From positions 1 through 51,963 of the forward strand of contig CAZHXL010000010.1 of assembly GCA_964536575.1 (NCBI GenBank): a stretch of 51,963 nucleotides of DNA, written 5' to 3'. Both the position numbers and the translations under genes were made by a program. The notes beneath the pieces are model-generated. The model saw nothing but the letters and a program-made list of their open reading frames with translations. It did not search any database and had not been told where the DNA came from. The first letter of the stretch is position 1. Every line of letters starts with the position of its first letter. Positions 36,342 through 46,200 of the stretch are shown piece after piece. The DNA comes from an uncultured Clostridia bacterium. Lineage in GTDB: Bacteria; Acidobacteriota; Blastocatellia; Chloracidobacteriales; JADJPF01.

Positions 36342-36380
36342 ATTACCTCCTAGTTAACCCAATGCCTTAGCCTTGGGGTT

Positions 36381-36956
36381 TTAGACATTTACACCAAAAC
36401 TACGAATTAATTCAGGGAAACCACCTCGAAAACCTTGCCCTACAGCCTTAAATTTCCATTCAGTATTATGACGATAAACTTCACCAATAATCATAGAAGT
36501 TTCTAGACTAGCATCTTCTGAAAGATCAAACCGGGAAATTTCACTACGAGTAGCATTATTAAGCACCCGCATATAGGCTGAGGCTATCATGCCAAAATTT
36601 TGTTTTCGAGAATCTGCTTCATAAATTGAAACAGCAAAAACAAGTCTAGTGATTTCTTGAGGGACATTTACTAGATCTATTCTAATTACCTCATCATCCC
36701 CTTCGCCAACACCAGTGGTATTATCTCCTAAATGTTCAACAGAGCCATCTTGAGATTTACGATTGTTATAAAAAATAAAATCATAATCTGAACGAACTTT
36801 ACCACTAGCGGTAACTAGAAAAATACTAGCATCAAGGTCAAATGCAGAGCCGTCAGTCATACGAGCGTCCCAGCCTAAGCCTACTATGATTTTTTCTAGT
36901 CCTGGTTCTGTTTTAGTTAGAGAAATGTTACCACCTTTTTGCAAAGAAATACCCAT
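36381..36956 (-). CDS. terD: TerD stress/tellurium-resistance family protein
   Basis: [13 protein letters not shown]...GLGWDAR...DYDFIFYNN...[21 protein letters not shown]...[12 protein letters not shown] is canonical TerD, including the Ca-binding GDN.TG.G.GDDE motif. Confidence 0.92.
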   Translation of the reverse strand: MGISLQKGGNISLTKTEPGLEKIIVGLGWDARMTDGSAFDLDASIFLVTASGKVRSDYDFIFYNNRKSQDGSVEHLGDNTTGVGEGDDEVIRIDLVNVPQEITRLVFAVSIYEADSRKQNFGMIASAYMRVLNNATRSEISRFDLSEDASLETSMIIGEVYRHNTEWKFKAVGQGFRGGFPELIRSFGVNV

Positions 36957-37124
36957 AATATACTACCTCCTTAAAAGTCAACATTTTACAAAATGTTAAT
37001 AGTTATTTCTAATTTTGATTTGTACAAGGTATTGTACTTAGTGGCAAGTTGTCTTGGACGAAATCAGGAGAAGAACGACAGAGCAATATGTTTTATTGGA
37101 AAGTTAAAAGCTAAAGGATAATCT

Positions 37125-37154
37125 AAAAGTAGTCACAACGTTGTGACTACTTTT
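37125..37154. repeat. Perfect 30-nt palindrome, GTAGTCACAACGTTGTGACTAC family (copy 2)
   Basis: Identical to 13899-13928. Here it lies in a divergent promoter region, so a terminator role is unlikely. Confidence 0.85.
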
Positions 37155-37196
37155 AATCACAACAATCTCGCTTTGTTTAAAATATCATTATCCAAA

Positions 37197-37228
37197 TGTA
37201 GGGGTGAACCTATGTGTTCGCCCCTACA
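37197..37228. repeat. Palindromic repeat, GGGGCGAAC family
   Basis: TGTAGGGGTGAAC-CTATGT-GTTCGCCCCTACA is related to 1203-1223. Confidence 0.7.
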
Positions 37229-37301
37229 TTTCATTGCAAAAAAACGACAGTTGATGGATAAATAGTTGTTGCTACTTCTAGGAAAGGGCAAACTAAATTC
37301 T

Positions 37302-39227
37302 ATGACTGCAAAATCTATTGCTACATTAGTTAATTTACTTGGCTTTGTTACTGGCGCGGCACTTTACGCCATGCTACTAGCAATGGTGCTAAGACAACCT
37401 GAGCAAAAAGGGGTAAAAAATAAAACGCTACTAGTTTTACCAAATAATAAGCTCCTTTTGCTTACAGCCCTGTTAGGTTTTTTTTGGAATATTGGTGCAG
37501 TCACAATTTATGGAATCCCTGATTTAGGCGTAGAAAATACTTTTCCTTCTTTAGTAGCAGCATCATTTACAACCTTAGGTTTTTTACCTTCTGTAGTTGT
37601 CCATCTAATTTTACGTAGCGAACAGATATTAAAAAAGCAAAACTTTTGGATTGCTATAATTGCTTATCTGCTAAGTGGAGTTGCTGGACTACTACATTTT
37701 TATGTTGCAGTTATAGGTGATCCTCTTCCTTCTCACATTGCTTTGCATCTTTTAACTATTGGGTTTGCTCTACTAACCGTTGCTTTGCTATTTTCTACTA
37801 GAGGGCAATTAGGCTGGCAAAGGGCTTTTTGGGTAGTAGGTTTAGCTGTATTTGCTGTTTCAGCCCTGCATTTAAGCCATCATGACGCAGAAAGCTATCC
37901 TTGGTGGATTGAAATGTCTGGCCACCATGCTTCTTTGCCTTTGGTTGTAGCAATTCTTTATCAAGATTATCGCTTTGCTTTTGCAGATATTTTTCTAAAA
38001 CGCACTATTTCTTTAGTGCTGCTAGTTATCACAGTTTTTGGTGCTTATATTAGTGTTGCACCGCTTTTGGCAATTCGTGATGTTAACAATGAAGCTGACC
38101 CTTTAGCTGTAGGTTTATTACTAGGATTATGGGTTACTACTACGTTATTTTATCCAAAATTACGCCAATTGGTGGTTTGGTTTGTTGATACAATTATCTT
38201 AAAACGCGTTGATTATGACAATTTACGTACAGAAATCGCTCGTAAGATTGCTCAATTTGAAACTCCTGAAGAGATACTTTCAGAGGTTTGTAAAATGCTG
38301 ACACCAGCCCTAACCGCTAAACAAGTTAATTGGTTTATGGAAGAAAATTCTCTTTCTGGCCATCATACTTTAACTATGTTGTTTCCTACTACAGAAATGC
38401 CTAATTATTATTTAACAGTGGGCGAACTTAAAGCAGGGCGTAGGCTTTTGTCTGATGATTTAGAAATGTTAGAAGCAGTTGTTTTAATGGTTGCCCGTCG
38501 TATTGATGTAGTAAGAGTTACACATGATCGATGTAAAATCAGTTTACGTGAACAAGAAATTAGTAAACTTGTTACTGAAGCTGAATTAACAGCACTTAGA
38601 GCACAACTAAACCCACATTTTCTCTTTAATGCATTAACAACATTAGGTTATTTGATTCAAACTGCTCCTGATAAAGCGTTTGAAACTTTGATGCGCTTAA
38701 CAGGGTTATTAAGAGGAGTACTTCGACGTTCAGCAGGAGAATTTGCTAGCATTGGCGAAGAAATAGAGTTAGTCAAAGCGTATTTGGATATTGAAAAAAC
38801 ACGATTTGAAGAACGCTTGCAAGTAAAAATAATTAGTCCTAAAGAATTAGAAAATATTCGTATTCCTTCTTTACTTATTCAACCTTTGGTTGAAAATGCA
38901 ATTAAACATGGAATAACACCTGCTAAAACAGGTGGAGAGGTTTTTATTAAAGTGGAAAAGAGCATTTTTAATAACCTAGAACAGGTAAAAATTACTGTAC
39001 AAGATACAGGAATGGGTGTTAGTGAATTTGACCTAGCGCGAGGACGAAAAAAAGGTGTAGGGTTAGCTAATATTGAGCGTCGCTTAAAATGCCATTACAG
39101 CGACGAAGTAGTAATGAAAATAAAAAGTGAAGTTGGTTTAGGCACAAGCATAGAAGTAGCTTTGCCTTTTGGTGCTAATGTTTTAACTCCTGAATTAAAA
39201 GCTAGTAGAGGTTCTAGTAGAGGTTAA
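37302..39227 (+). CDS. LytS/YehU-type sensor histidine kinase
   Basis: Multi-TM N-terminal domain. His_kinase (PF06580-type) motif LRAQLNPHFLFNALTTL. HATPase N-box QPLVENAIKHG and G1 box DTGMGV. ATG 37302 is preferred over TTG 37266. Confidence 0.9.
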   Translation: MTAKSIATLVNLLGFVTGAALYAMLLAMVLRQPEQKGVKNKTLLVLPNNKLLLLTALLGFFWNIGAVTIYGIPDLGVENTFPSLVAASFTTLGFLPSVVVHLILRSEQILKKQNFWIAIIAYLLSGVAGLLHFYVAVIGDPLPSHIALHLLTIGFALLTVALLFSTRGQLGWQRAFWVVGLAVFAVSALHLSHHDAESYPWWIEMSGHHASLPLVVAILYQDYRFAFADIFLKRTISLVLLVITVFGAYISVAPLLAIRDVNNEADPLAVGLLLGLWVTTTLFYPKLRQLVVWFVDTIILKRVDYDNLRTEIARKIAQFETPEEILSEVCKMLTPALTAKQVNWFMEENSLSGHHTLTMLFPTTEMPNYYLTVGELKAGRRLLSDDLEMLEAVVLMVARRIDVVRVTHDRCKISLREQEISKLVTEAELTALRAQLNPHFLFNALTTLGYLIQTAPDKAFETLMRLTGLLRGVLRRSAGEFASIGEEIELVKAYLDIEKTRFEERLQVKIISPKELENIRIPSLLIQPLVENAIKHGITPAKTGGEVFIKVEKSIFNNLEQVKITVQDTGMGVSEFDLARGRKKGVGLANIERRLKCHYSDEVVMKIKSEVGLGTSIEVALPFGANVLTPELKASRGSSRG

Positions 39228-39234
39228 ATAATAA

Positions 39235-40020
39235 ATGATGAGTACAAAACTGCGTGTAGTTATTGCTGAAGATGAACGTCCTGCAAGACTTTTTTTAATT
39301 GCAATGTTAAACGCTTTTGAGGACGTAAAAATTGTTGGCGAAGCTTCTAATGGTACAGATGCTGTGACAATTATTGAGCAAGAACAACCAGACTTGGCCT
39401 TTCTTGACCTACAAATGCCAGGGTTAGATGGTTTATCAGTAGTAAGAGCACTGAAAAAAAATCAAATGCCTTTAATTGCTTTTGTTACTGCTTATGATGA
39501 ATATGCTGTACAAGCTTTTGAGTTAAATGCTGTAGACTATTTGCTTAAGCCCGTAGAACGCTCACGCCTGCGTGAAACCATCAACCGTGCTCAGGAGCGT
39601 TTAGATAGAGCAGACCTACGTGCAGAAGAAAATCGCAACTTAGAAGAAGCAGTTAAAGATTATGAAACTGCTACACAACTACCAAAAATTGACCGTATTC
39701 CTGTTAGACAAAAAGACGAAATTATTATAGTCCCAGTAAGTCAAATAGCTTCTATTATTGCCGATGGAGAGCTTTTACATATTACTAATAGTCGTAATGA
39801 AAACTACGTGATTAACCATCGTCTTAAAGATTTAGAGTTAAGACTTGAACCAGATAAATTTGTTCGTTTAGGGCGTGGGTCGCTAGTAAATATTGATATG
39901 ATTACCCGTATTCATCAAATGCCTGGTGGTACTTATATGGTGACGCTTAGTAATAATCAGCAGATTAAAGTTAGTCGCTTGCAATCAAGATTTTTAAGAG
40001 AACGACTCTTAAGGCTTTAA
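39235..40020 (+). CDS. LytTR-family response regulator
   Basis: Receiver domain (RVVIAEDERPAR...PDLAFLDLQMPGLDG) plus a LytTR DNA-binding domain (IPVRQKDEIIIVPV...FVRLGRGSLVNIDMI). Confidence 0.9.
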   Translation: MMSTKLRVVIAEDERPARLFLIAMLNAFEDVKIVGEASNGTDAVTIIEQEQPDLAFLDLQMPGLDGLSVVRALKKNQMPLIAFVTAYDEYAVQAFELNAVDYLLKPVERSRLRETINRAQERLDRADLRAEENRNLEEAVKDYETATQLPKIDRIPVRQKDEIIIVPVSQIASIIADGELLHITNSRNENYVINHRLKDLELRLEPDKFVRLGRGSLVNIDMITRIHQMPGGTYMVTLSNNQQIKVSRLQSRFLRERLLRL

Positions 40021-40121
40021 CGGGAAAAGATTAAAAAACTTTACCCTAATAAAGTTTATTTTTAATAATTCAGCCCCAATTTAGAAAAAACAAACCCATT
40101 AGGATAAAGAAATTCTAATAG

Positions 40122-41642
40122 TTAAAAACGACCAGTTAAAACAGCTTGGCCACTTAGAATGCGAATTTCAACCAGTTGAATGTTATTAACCAAGCTAACA
40201 ACTAAGGGCAATGCTCGTTCACTCCCTTTAGGCTTATTACTAAATTTAATTTCTGCACTGCCTCGAAAGTTTGTTGTGAAAGTTGTTATTTCTTCATCAT
40301 TTACAAAGAGTTTATAGGTGGTTACTTGGTCAAGATTTTCTACTTTAACTGAGAATTTCTGTTCTATAATTAAACCGATATCTCTTTCAATGCTAATTTC
40401 ACTCTTTCCTCTAGCATCTAAATTAATGTTAGTACTAAGAAGTGTAATTTCTCGGTTTTCTCTACTCCTTTCACAACTACCTATAATGGCGTTAGTTAAA
40501 AGAACTTCTCCACTGATTATTCTAAGTTCAATAAGTTGAATGGTAATAAGGTTTAATGGTGGTAGTAGCTGTTGGTTTGATCTAGGGGAGCTACTCATTA
40601 CCAATGTGCTTTTACCTATAACGTCTATTGGAATAGTTGCAACCTCAGAATTATCAATAAAGAGTTTTACAATAGAAAGAGGAGTAACATTTTCTATTTT
40701 TAACTCAAGCTCTTGCTGATTATTTCCATTTTCAGCCTCAACATCAATTTCAACTCTAGCTCTAACATCTATATCTATAGAACTTGCTAGGGTATGTTTA
40801 CTTTCAAATTTAATTTTATTACTAGTAGGGTTATCTACACTCCCAAGTAAAATAGGACGTTCACTACGGTCTTTAACAGCAACTGAAATTACCTTAAATA
40901 GGTTTATAGAAGCGGGTAAGGGGAGTTCTCCTCTTTTTGGGTTATCCCTAAATTCTAGACTTGCTCTACCATCTGACCTAACAGTAAAAGAAGCAATGTG
41001 GATATTATTAACAAAAAGATCAAGAGGTGAGCCTGGAGTAAGTTTTTCCATTTTTACTTCTAGTTCTTGGTTAATAATAATATTGTTTTCTCTTACTACT
41101 TTTATTTCTGCTATTCCTAGTTCTAGAGGTCTAGGAGCAGCAACTTCTGTAGAGAATAAAGAAATCTCTTGTTCCAATTCTTCACTCTTACAACCTTGAG
41201 GACTATTTATTGGTACAAAACTACCACTTAAAACCAAACGACCTATGGAGTCTTTGATCTCTACTAATTTAATTTGGGTTACTGGATTTAATACTCCTGG
41301 TAAGAGTAAATGGGAGCCTTTAGGATTTGCTTCATAAATAACCTCAAAAGCCCCACCAGGGTTAGTAAGAAACGTGTTAATAAAAATTCCATTTATGTTC
41401 AAAACAAACAAAGTTTCCCTAGGTAATTGCTCAACTTTGAGTGAAAACTTTTGAATAGTTCTTTGTCTCTTTTCCTTAAAAAATATTTCTGCAAAACCCT
41501 TAGCATTAATTGCAGTATTGGTGGGTGTTAGAGAAATACGATTTTCTATGGGTTTGGTTTTCTTTTCATTTTCATTAGCTATAGCAACAGAAGAACAGAT
41601 CAAAATTAAAAATACTAGGAAAACATACTTAATTTTTTTCAT
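40122..41642 (-). CDS. Secreted protein built from four ~125-aa repeat modules
   Basis: Signal peptide. A recurring pattern appears four times: Q.F.VKVE.L......LFVN......F.TN..G.AE..F...PKGS...LP......I..VEI.......VL.G.F. No family recognised. Confidence 0.65.
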   Translation of the reverse strand: MKKIKYVFLVFLILICSSVAIANENEKKTKPIENRISLTPTNTAINAKGFAEIFFKEKRQRTIQKFSLKVEQLPRETLFVLNINGIFINTFLTNPGGAFEVIYEANPKGSHLLLPGVLNPVTQIKLVEIKDSIGRLVLSGSFVPINSPQGCKSEELEQEISLFSTEVAAPRPLELGIAEIKVVRENNIIINQELEVKMEKLTPGSPLDLFVNNIHIASFTVRSDGRASLEFRDNPKRGELPLPASINLFKVISVAVKDRSERPILLGSVDNPTSNKIKFESKHTLASSIDIDVRARVEIDVEAENGNNQQELELKIENVTPLSIVKLFIDNSEVATIPIDVIGKSTLVMSSSPRSNQQLLPPLNLITIQLIELRIISGEVLLTNAIIGSCERSRENREITLLSTNINLDARGKSEISIERDIGLIIEQKFSVKVENLDQVTTYKLFVNDEEITTFTTNFRGSAEIKFSNKPKGSERALPLVVSLVNNIQLVEIRILSGQAVLTGRF

Positions 41643-41995
41643 TTTTCCTCCTACTTATCCCTAAGTTGTTTTTGGAAGGCAGTTGTTTTTTTAGTTAACA
41701 AAATTTGTGCCAAAGCTCATAAAATGCTAACTCAGAGTAGAAAAAAGGCTTAAACTAAAACTACAAACCCATTTTTATAGAAAGAAATGTATGGTTCCTA
41801 TACAGAGTGTATGGCTGTCATACATTTATTATTGTATTAATTTATACTAGCTAAAGTAGAAATTGGGATTTTCCAAACTTGTAAACTAAAAATAATTAGA
41901 AATAATTAGAGAGCAAGAAATAGATATTTTCTTTTTGATATAAGCCTTAAATTAATAACATCTTACACAACAGTTTACACAATATTAGGAGACTT

Positions 41996-43069
41996 ATGAG
42001 TAACACTTTTTCTACTGAGTCAACACGTTGGCAAGCATTAGTTGAACGTAATCAACAGGCTAATGATATTTTTGTTTATGGGGTATTGACGACAAAAATT
42101 TACTGTCGTCCTGCGTGTAGTTCACGTTTGCCAAACCAAGAAAATGTAAAGTTTTTTGATAGCTGGCAAATAGCAGAAAAAACAGGCTTTCGTGCGTGCA
42201 AACGTTGTAGCCCACAAGTGTCTGATAAAGCTGATCCATCTATTAGCGCGATTATTTCTGCTTGCAAACTTATAGAAACATCAGAAAACCTTCCCTCACT
42301 TAATGAGCTAGCTAACAGAGTTGGTTTAAGCTCTTATCATTTTCACCGTATGTTTAAGAAAATTGTTGGGCTTACTCCTAAACAATATGCTTTAGAAAAA
42401 CGGCTTTCTCAAGTGCGAGCTAATCTGCAAACGGACGCTAGTATTACTGATACTGTTTATAATGCTAGGTTTGAGTCTAGTAGTCGCTTTTATGAAACTG
42501 CTACTTCGTCATTAGGAATGAAACCAACAAAGTATCGTTGTGGGGGCTTAGGAATAAAAATTCGTTTTGCTATAGTTCAATCTTATCTAGGTTATGTGCT
42601 AGTAGCGGCTACAGAGCAGGGTATTTGCAAAATAGACTTTGGTGATAGCCAGGAACTTTTAGAAGAACTCTTAAAAAAGACTTTCCCTCATGCTGATTTA
42701 CAAACCAGTGACACAGATTTTCAAAGCTTAGTAGAAGAAGTTTTAACTTTTTTAGAAACACCAAATCGTGGCTTATCCTTACCACTTGATATTCAGGGAA
42801 CGGCCTTTCAACGTCGCGTTTGGGCAGCTTTGCAAAATATAGCACCAGGTACAACTAGTAGTTATTTGCAAGTAGCCACACAAATTGGTAGTCCAAAAGC
42901 AGTACGTGCTGTTGCACAGGCTTGTGCTGCTAATAACATTGCAGTAGCTATTCCATGTCACCGTGTAATACGTAATGACGGAGATTTAGCCGGTTATAAG
43001 TGGGGAATTAACCGCAAACAAAGGCTCTTAGAGCAAGAATCATCTTTTTTGGCTTCTGAAAAGCGATAG
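41996..43069 (+). CDS. ada: Bifunctional Ada: methylphosphotriester-DNA methyltransferase/AraC regulator plus O6-methylguanine-DNA methyltransferase
   Basis: N-terminal Zn-Cys4 motif (YCRPACSS...FRACKRCSP). AraC HTH (LNELANRVGLSSYHFHRMFKKIVGLTPKQY). C-terminal active site AIPCHRVI. Confidence 0.9.
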   Translation: MSNTFSTESTRWQALVERNQQANDIFVYGVLTTKIYCRPACSSRLPNQENVKFFDSWQIAEKTGFRACKRCSPQVSDKADPSISAIISACKLIETSENLPSLNELANRVGLSSYHFHRMFKKIVGLTPKQYALEKRLSQVRANLQTDASITDTVYNARFESSSRFYETATSSLGMKPTKYRCGGLGIKIRFAIVQSYLGYVLVAATEQGICKIDFGDSQELLEELLKKTFPHADLQTSDTDFQSLVEEVLTFLETPNRGLSLPLDIQGTAFQRRVWAALQNIAPGTTSSYLQVATQIGSPKAVRAVAQACAANNIAVAIPCHRVIRNDGDLAGYKWGINRKQRLLEQESSFLASEKR

Positions 43070-43222
43070 ATATAGCTATAAAATAAACATGTTTGTTAGC
43101 TAGGAAATCTTTTTCTATAAAGGTTTGATAGTGCTTTGGGTTTTACTTATGATGTGAGACTTATAGGTTTCTCAACTACTGAACTATATCGACATTTTAT
43201 TTTTGTCTGTTTAGGAGCCATA

Positions 43223-46200
43223 ATGTCTCGGATAAATTTGCGCAACTTGTTTTCTAGAGAAAACCTGCGTAAAAAATTGCTGATTTTTGCTGCATTACTA
43301 ATAGCATTTATTGCTTTATTAGTTGGCTCGCTAGCACTATATATAAGAAGTGAAAGGTTTAATCAGTTTGTTATTTCTCAAATTAAAGCCACTGCTCCTT
43401 TATATGGATTACGTGTTGAGGTAGGAGGTTTTGGGTTTAGTCTGAAGGCAAGTCAAGCAGAACTCAAAAACCTTAAAGTCTTTAATAAAAAAACAGACCA
43501 GTTACTACTTGAAGTCGAGCGAGCAGAGCTAAACGCCAAAGTTGTTGACCTTTACGCGCTTAAATTACAACGTCAGGTGATACTGGAAACCTTAAACCTG
43601 AAAGGACTAAAACTTTTTTTAGAATTTAAGCCTAATGGTACTAATAATCTTACAGGCATAGGATCACTTAATAATACTCCTAGCAGCCCTGGTGCTATTG
43701 AAGTAGATAGCTCACACCTAAATATAGCAATTACTGATAGTAGTATATCCTTAAAGGATAGTGTAAACCGTGTTGACCTTAACCTAAACAATGTTGGGAT
43801 TGAAGCTAAATTAAAAAGTGCTACCCAAGCAGCAATAAAAGTAAAAGGTGATGGTGAGATTTCTTATCAAGATTACAATACTAAGATTAAATCTATTGCA
43901 ATCAATGGGTTAATTAGTGACCAAGGCTTAGAGCTTTCTCCAAGCCTACTTGTGACTACTTTAGGAAAAATTGAGCTTAATGGTCAACTTAAGGATTGGA
44001 AAAAGTTAGAGCATCAACTAGAGTTTCAGGCTGAAACAGAGTCTTTAGAAATTGCCGACCTGAAAATAAAAGGTCAAAGCAATTTTCAAGGTAAGGTTGT
44101 TGGTGATAAAAACTCATCTCGCTTAACTGGAAGTCTAAATATCGCTGACCTAACAGCTAGTAAGACTCATCTTATTGGCTTAGAAGTGGCTAACCTAGAA
44201 CTTGCTACAGGAGCAAGGCTTGATTTAGCTACTGAGGAAATTAAAGTTCAATCTGTTAATGTCAATTCAATAACTGCTAAAAATATAAAGATCCCTAGCT
44301 TAAAAGGTAGCCTTTCAAACAGCCTTGAGGTTGTTGTACCAAAGTTGTCCACTGTCTCAATAGTTGTTCCTAATAGTCAAATAAATGGTATCCAATTAAG
44401 TGATATTAACTTAAAACTCTTAGACAAAGGTTTGGATGCAACAGTTAAACAGGCTTTAGTTGCTAGTGTCACAACTGCTAATGGTAAAGTAAATTCTATA
44501 AAATTTAGCCAAGTGGCAGTAGAAACAAAAGGTTCTAACTATAAAGTAGAAACAGATTTATTTTTATCAACGGCAATATTTAATAATATTCAAGCTGAAC
44601 AAGTTAACAGTAAACTACTTTTAGAAAACAACATTCTTACATTATCAAAACTAAAAACAAACCTATTTGGAGGACAAGCCGACCTAGAAACACAGATTGC
44701 TTTATCTGGTAATACAACGTCTCGTTTACAGGCTAAATTCGGGCAAATTAATAGTGCAGAACTAGGTAAAATACTGCAAAAAGAACCTTTACCAATTACA
44801 GGACTAATTGGAGGTAGTGCAGAGCTAACTTGGCCTGGGATAGATATTCTTAGAGCAAGTGGACAGTTAAAAGCTACTGTTCAAGGAGAAACAGCAGCAA
44901 ATACTGACAAATTACCGCTTACTGCCGAGCTACTTGTGCAAGCCCAAGATGGTAAATTAAACATTAACCCATTAAAGGCTAAATTAGGAGAAACAGACAT
45001 ATCTCTACAGGCAACAATTTTTCCTAAAACTAAAATGATTGCGGCTGAGTACCAAGTTAACTCTAATAATTCTGAGCAGTTACTTTTACTAGCCAAAAAT
45101 TTGAAACTGCTTGACGAGCAAATTCTAGACTATAAACCTGAGTTATCAGGAAATTTAAAAGCCGTAGGACAAGTAAATGGCACATTTGATAAACTGTCTA
45201 TTACTACTGAGTTTGAAACCAGTAGCGTAGGTTTTCAAGATAATAAATTTTCAAGCTTAATTGGTAAACTACAATTAACACCTGAAGATATCCAAGTTGA
45301 TGTTAATAAACTCTTAGATACTCAAGGTGGGATGCTTAGCTTTAATTATCAAGGAAAGATTAGTGATCCTGTTAATACAGGAAGGTTAAAAGCAGACTTT
45401 CAAGATTTTCACCTCCAACTATATCAACAGCCTGAAAACAAAGAGATTTTTGTTGGTGCAATTAATGGCAAAGCAGAATTTACTAGACTAAGTGAAAATG
45501 GTGAAGGCAAAGCACAACTTACCTTAAATAACAGTAGGGTTGCGAGCCAAAAAATAGACTTGGCAGAGGTTGAAATAGGGCTAGCCAATCAACTACTTGA
45601 GCTTAATATTATTTCTTTACAAGTAGCTGCGGCTAAAATTGATGGTAAAGGCGCGCTAAGCTTAAAGACGAAAGACTTTAACTTTCAAGGACAAGTTAAA
45701 GACCTAGACCTAGCCAAAATAACTACAGATGCTTCTTTGGCAGGGATAGTAAACGCGAGTCTTCAAGTAAATGGTAATGTTAATGACTTAAATGGTTTAC
45801 AACTATCTTTACAGGCAGAATCTAAAGACCTGCGTACCCCTACAACCAAGCTTGGGCAGCTTTCTTTGTCTGCTAAGACTGATAATCAAGGGCGTATTCA
45901 AGCTGAAATAGTTTCTTATCTAATTCCTACACAACCACAAAAAATTTTTGCTACAGTGTCTCCTAACAAGGATGGCTACCCTTTAGAAATAGAAAGCCAA
46001 TTATCAGAATTAGATATTGCTTTATTACTAGCAGTTCTTAAAGTTGACACTAAAGGAGCTATTAGTAGTAAATTATCTGCAAAAATATTTGTTAAAGGTA
46101 ATATTCTCAACAGTAAAGATGAGTTTAGCTTAGATAATTTCCAAGGCAACATGCTGCTTACGTCTGCTAGTCTAAAACTTTCTGAGCAACCGCTTAATAT

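Noticed and set aside
40318-41199. Plus-strand ORFs 40318-40539 and 40996-41199.
   Set aside because: They are antisense to the four-module secreted protein gene.
42609-42961. Minus-strand ORFs 42609-42854 and 42779-42961.
   Set aside because: They are antisense to ada, which has unambiguous motifs.
43136-43222. N-terminal 29 codons of the giant ORF as given in the track (TTG start).
   Set aside because: ATG 43223 has an AGGAG RBS and is followed directly by a basic n-region and the signal-anchor helix. The upstream extension is probably untranslated.
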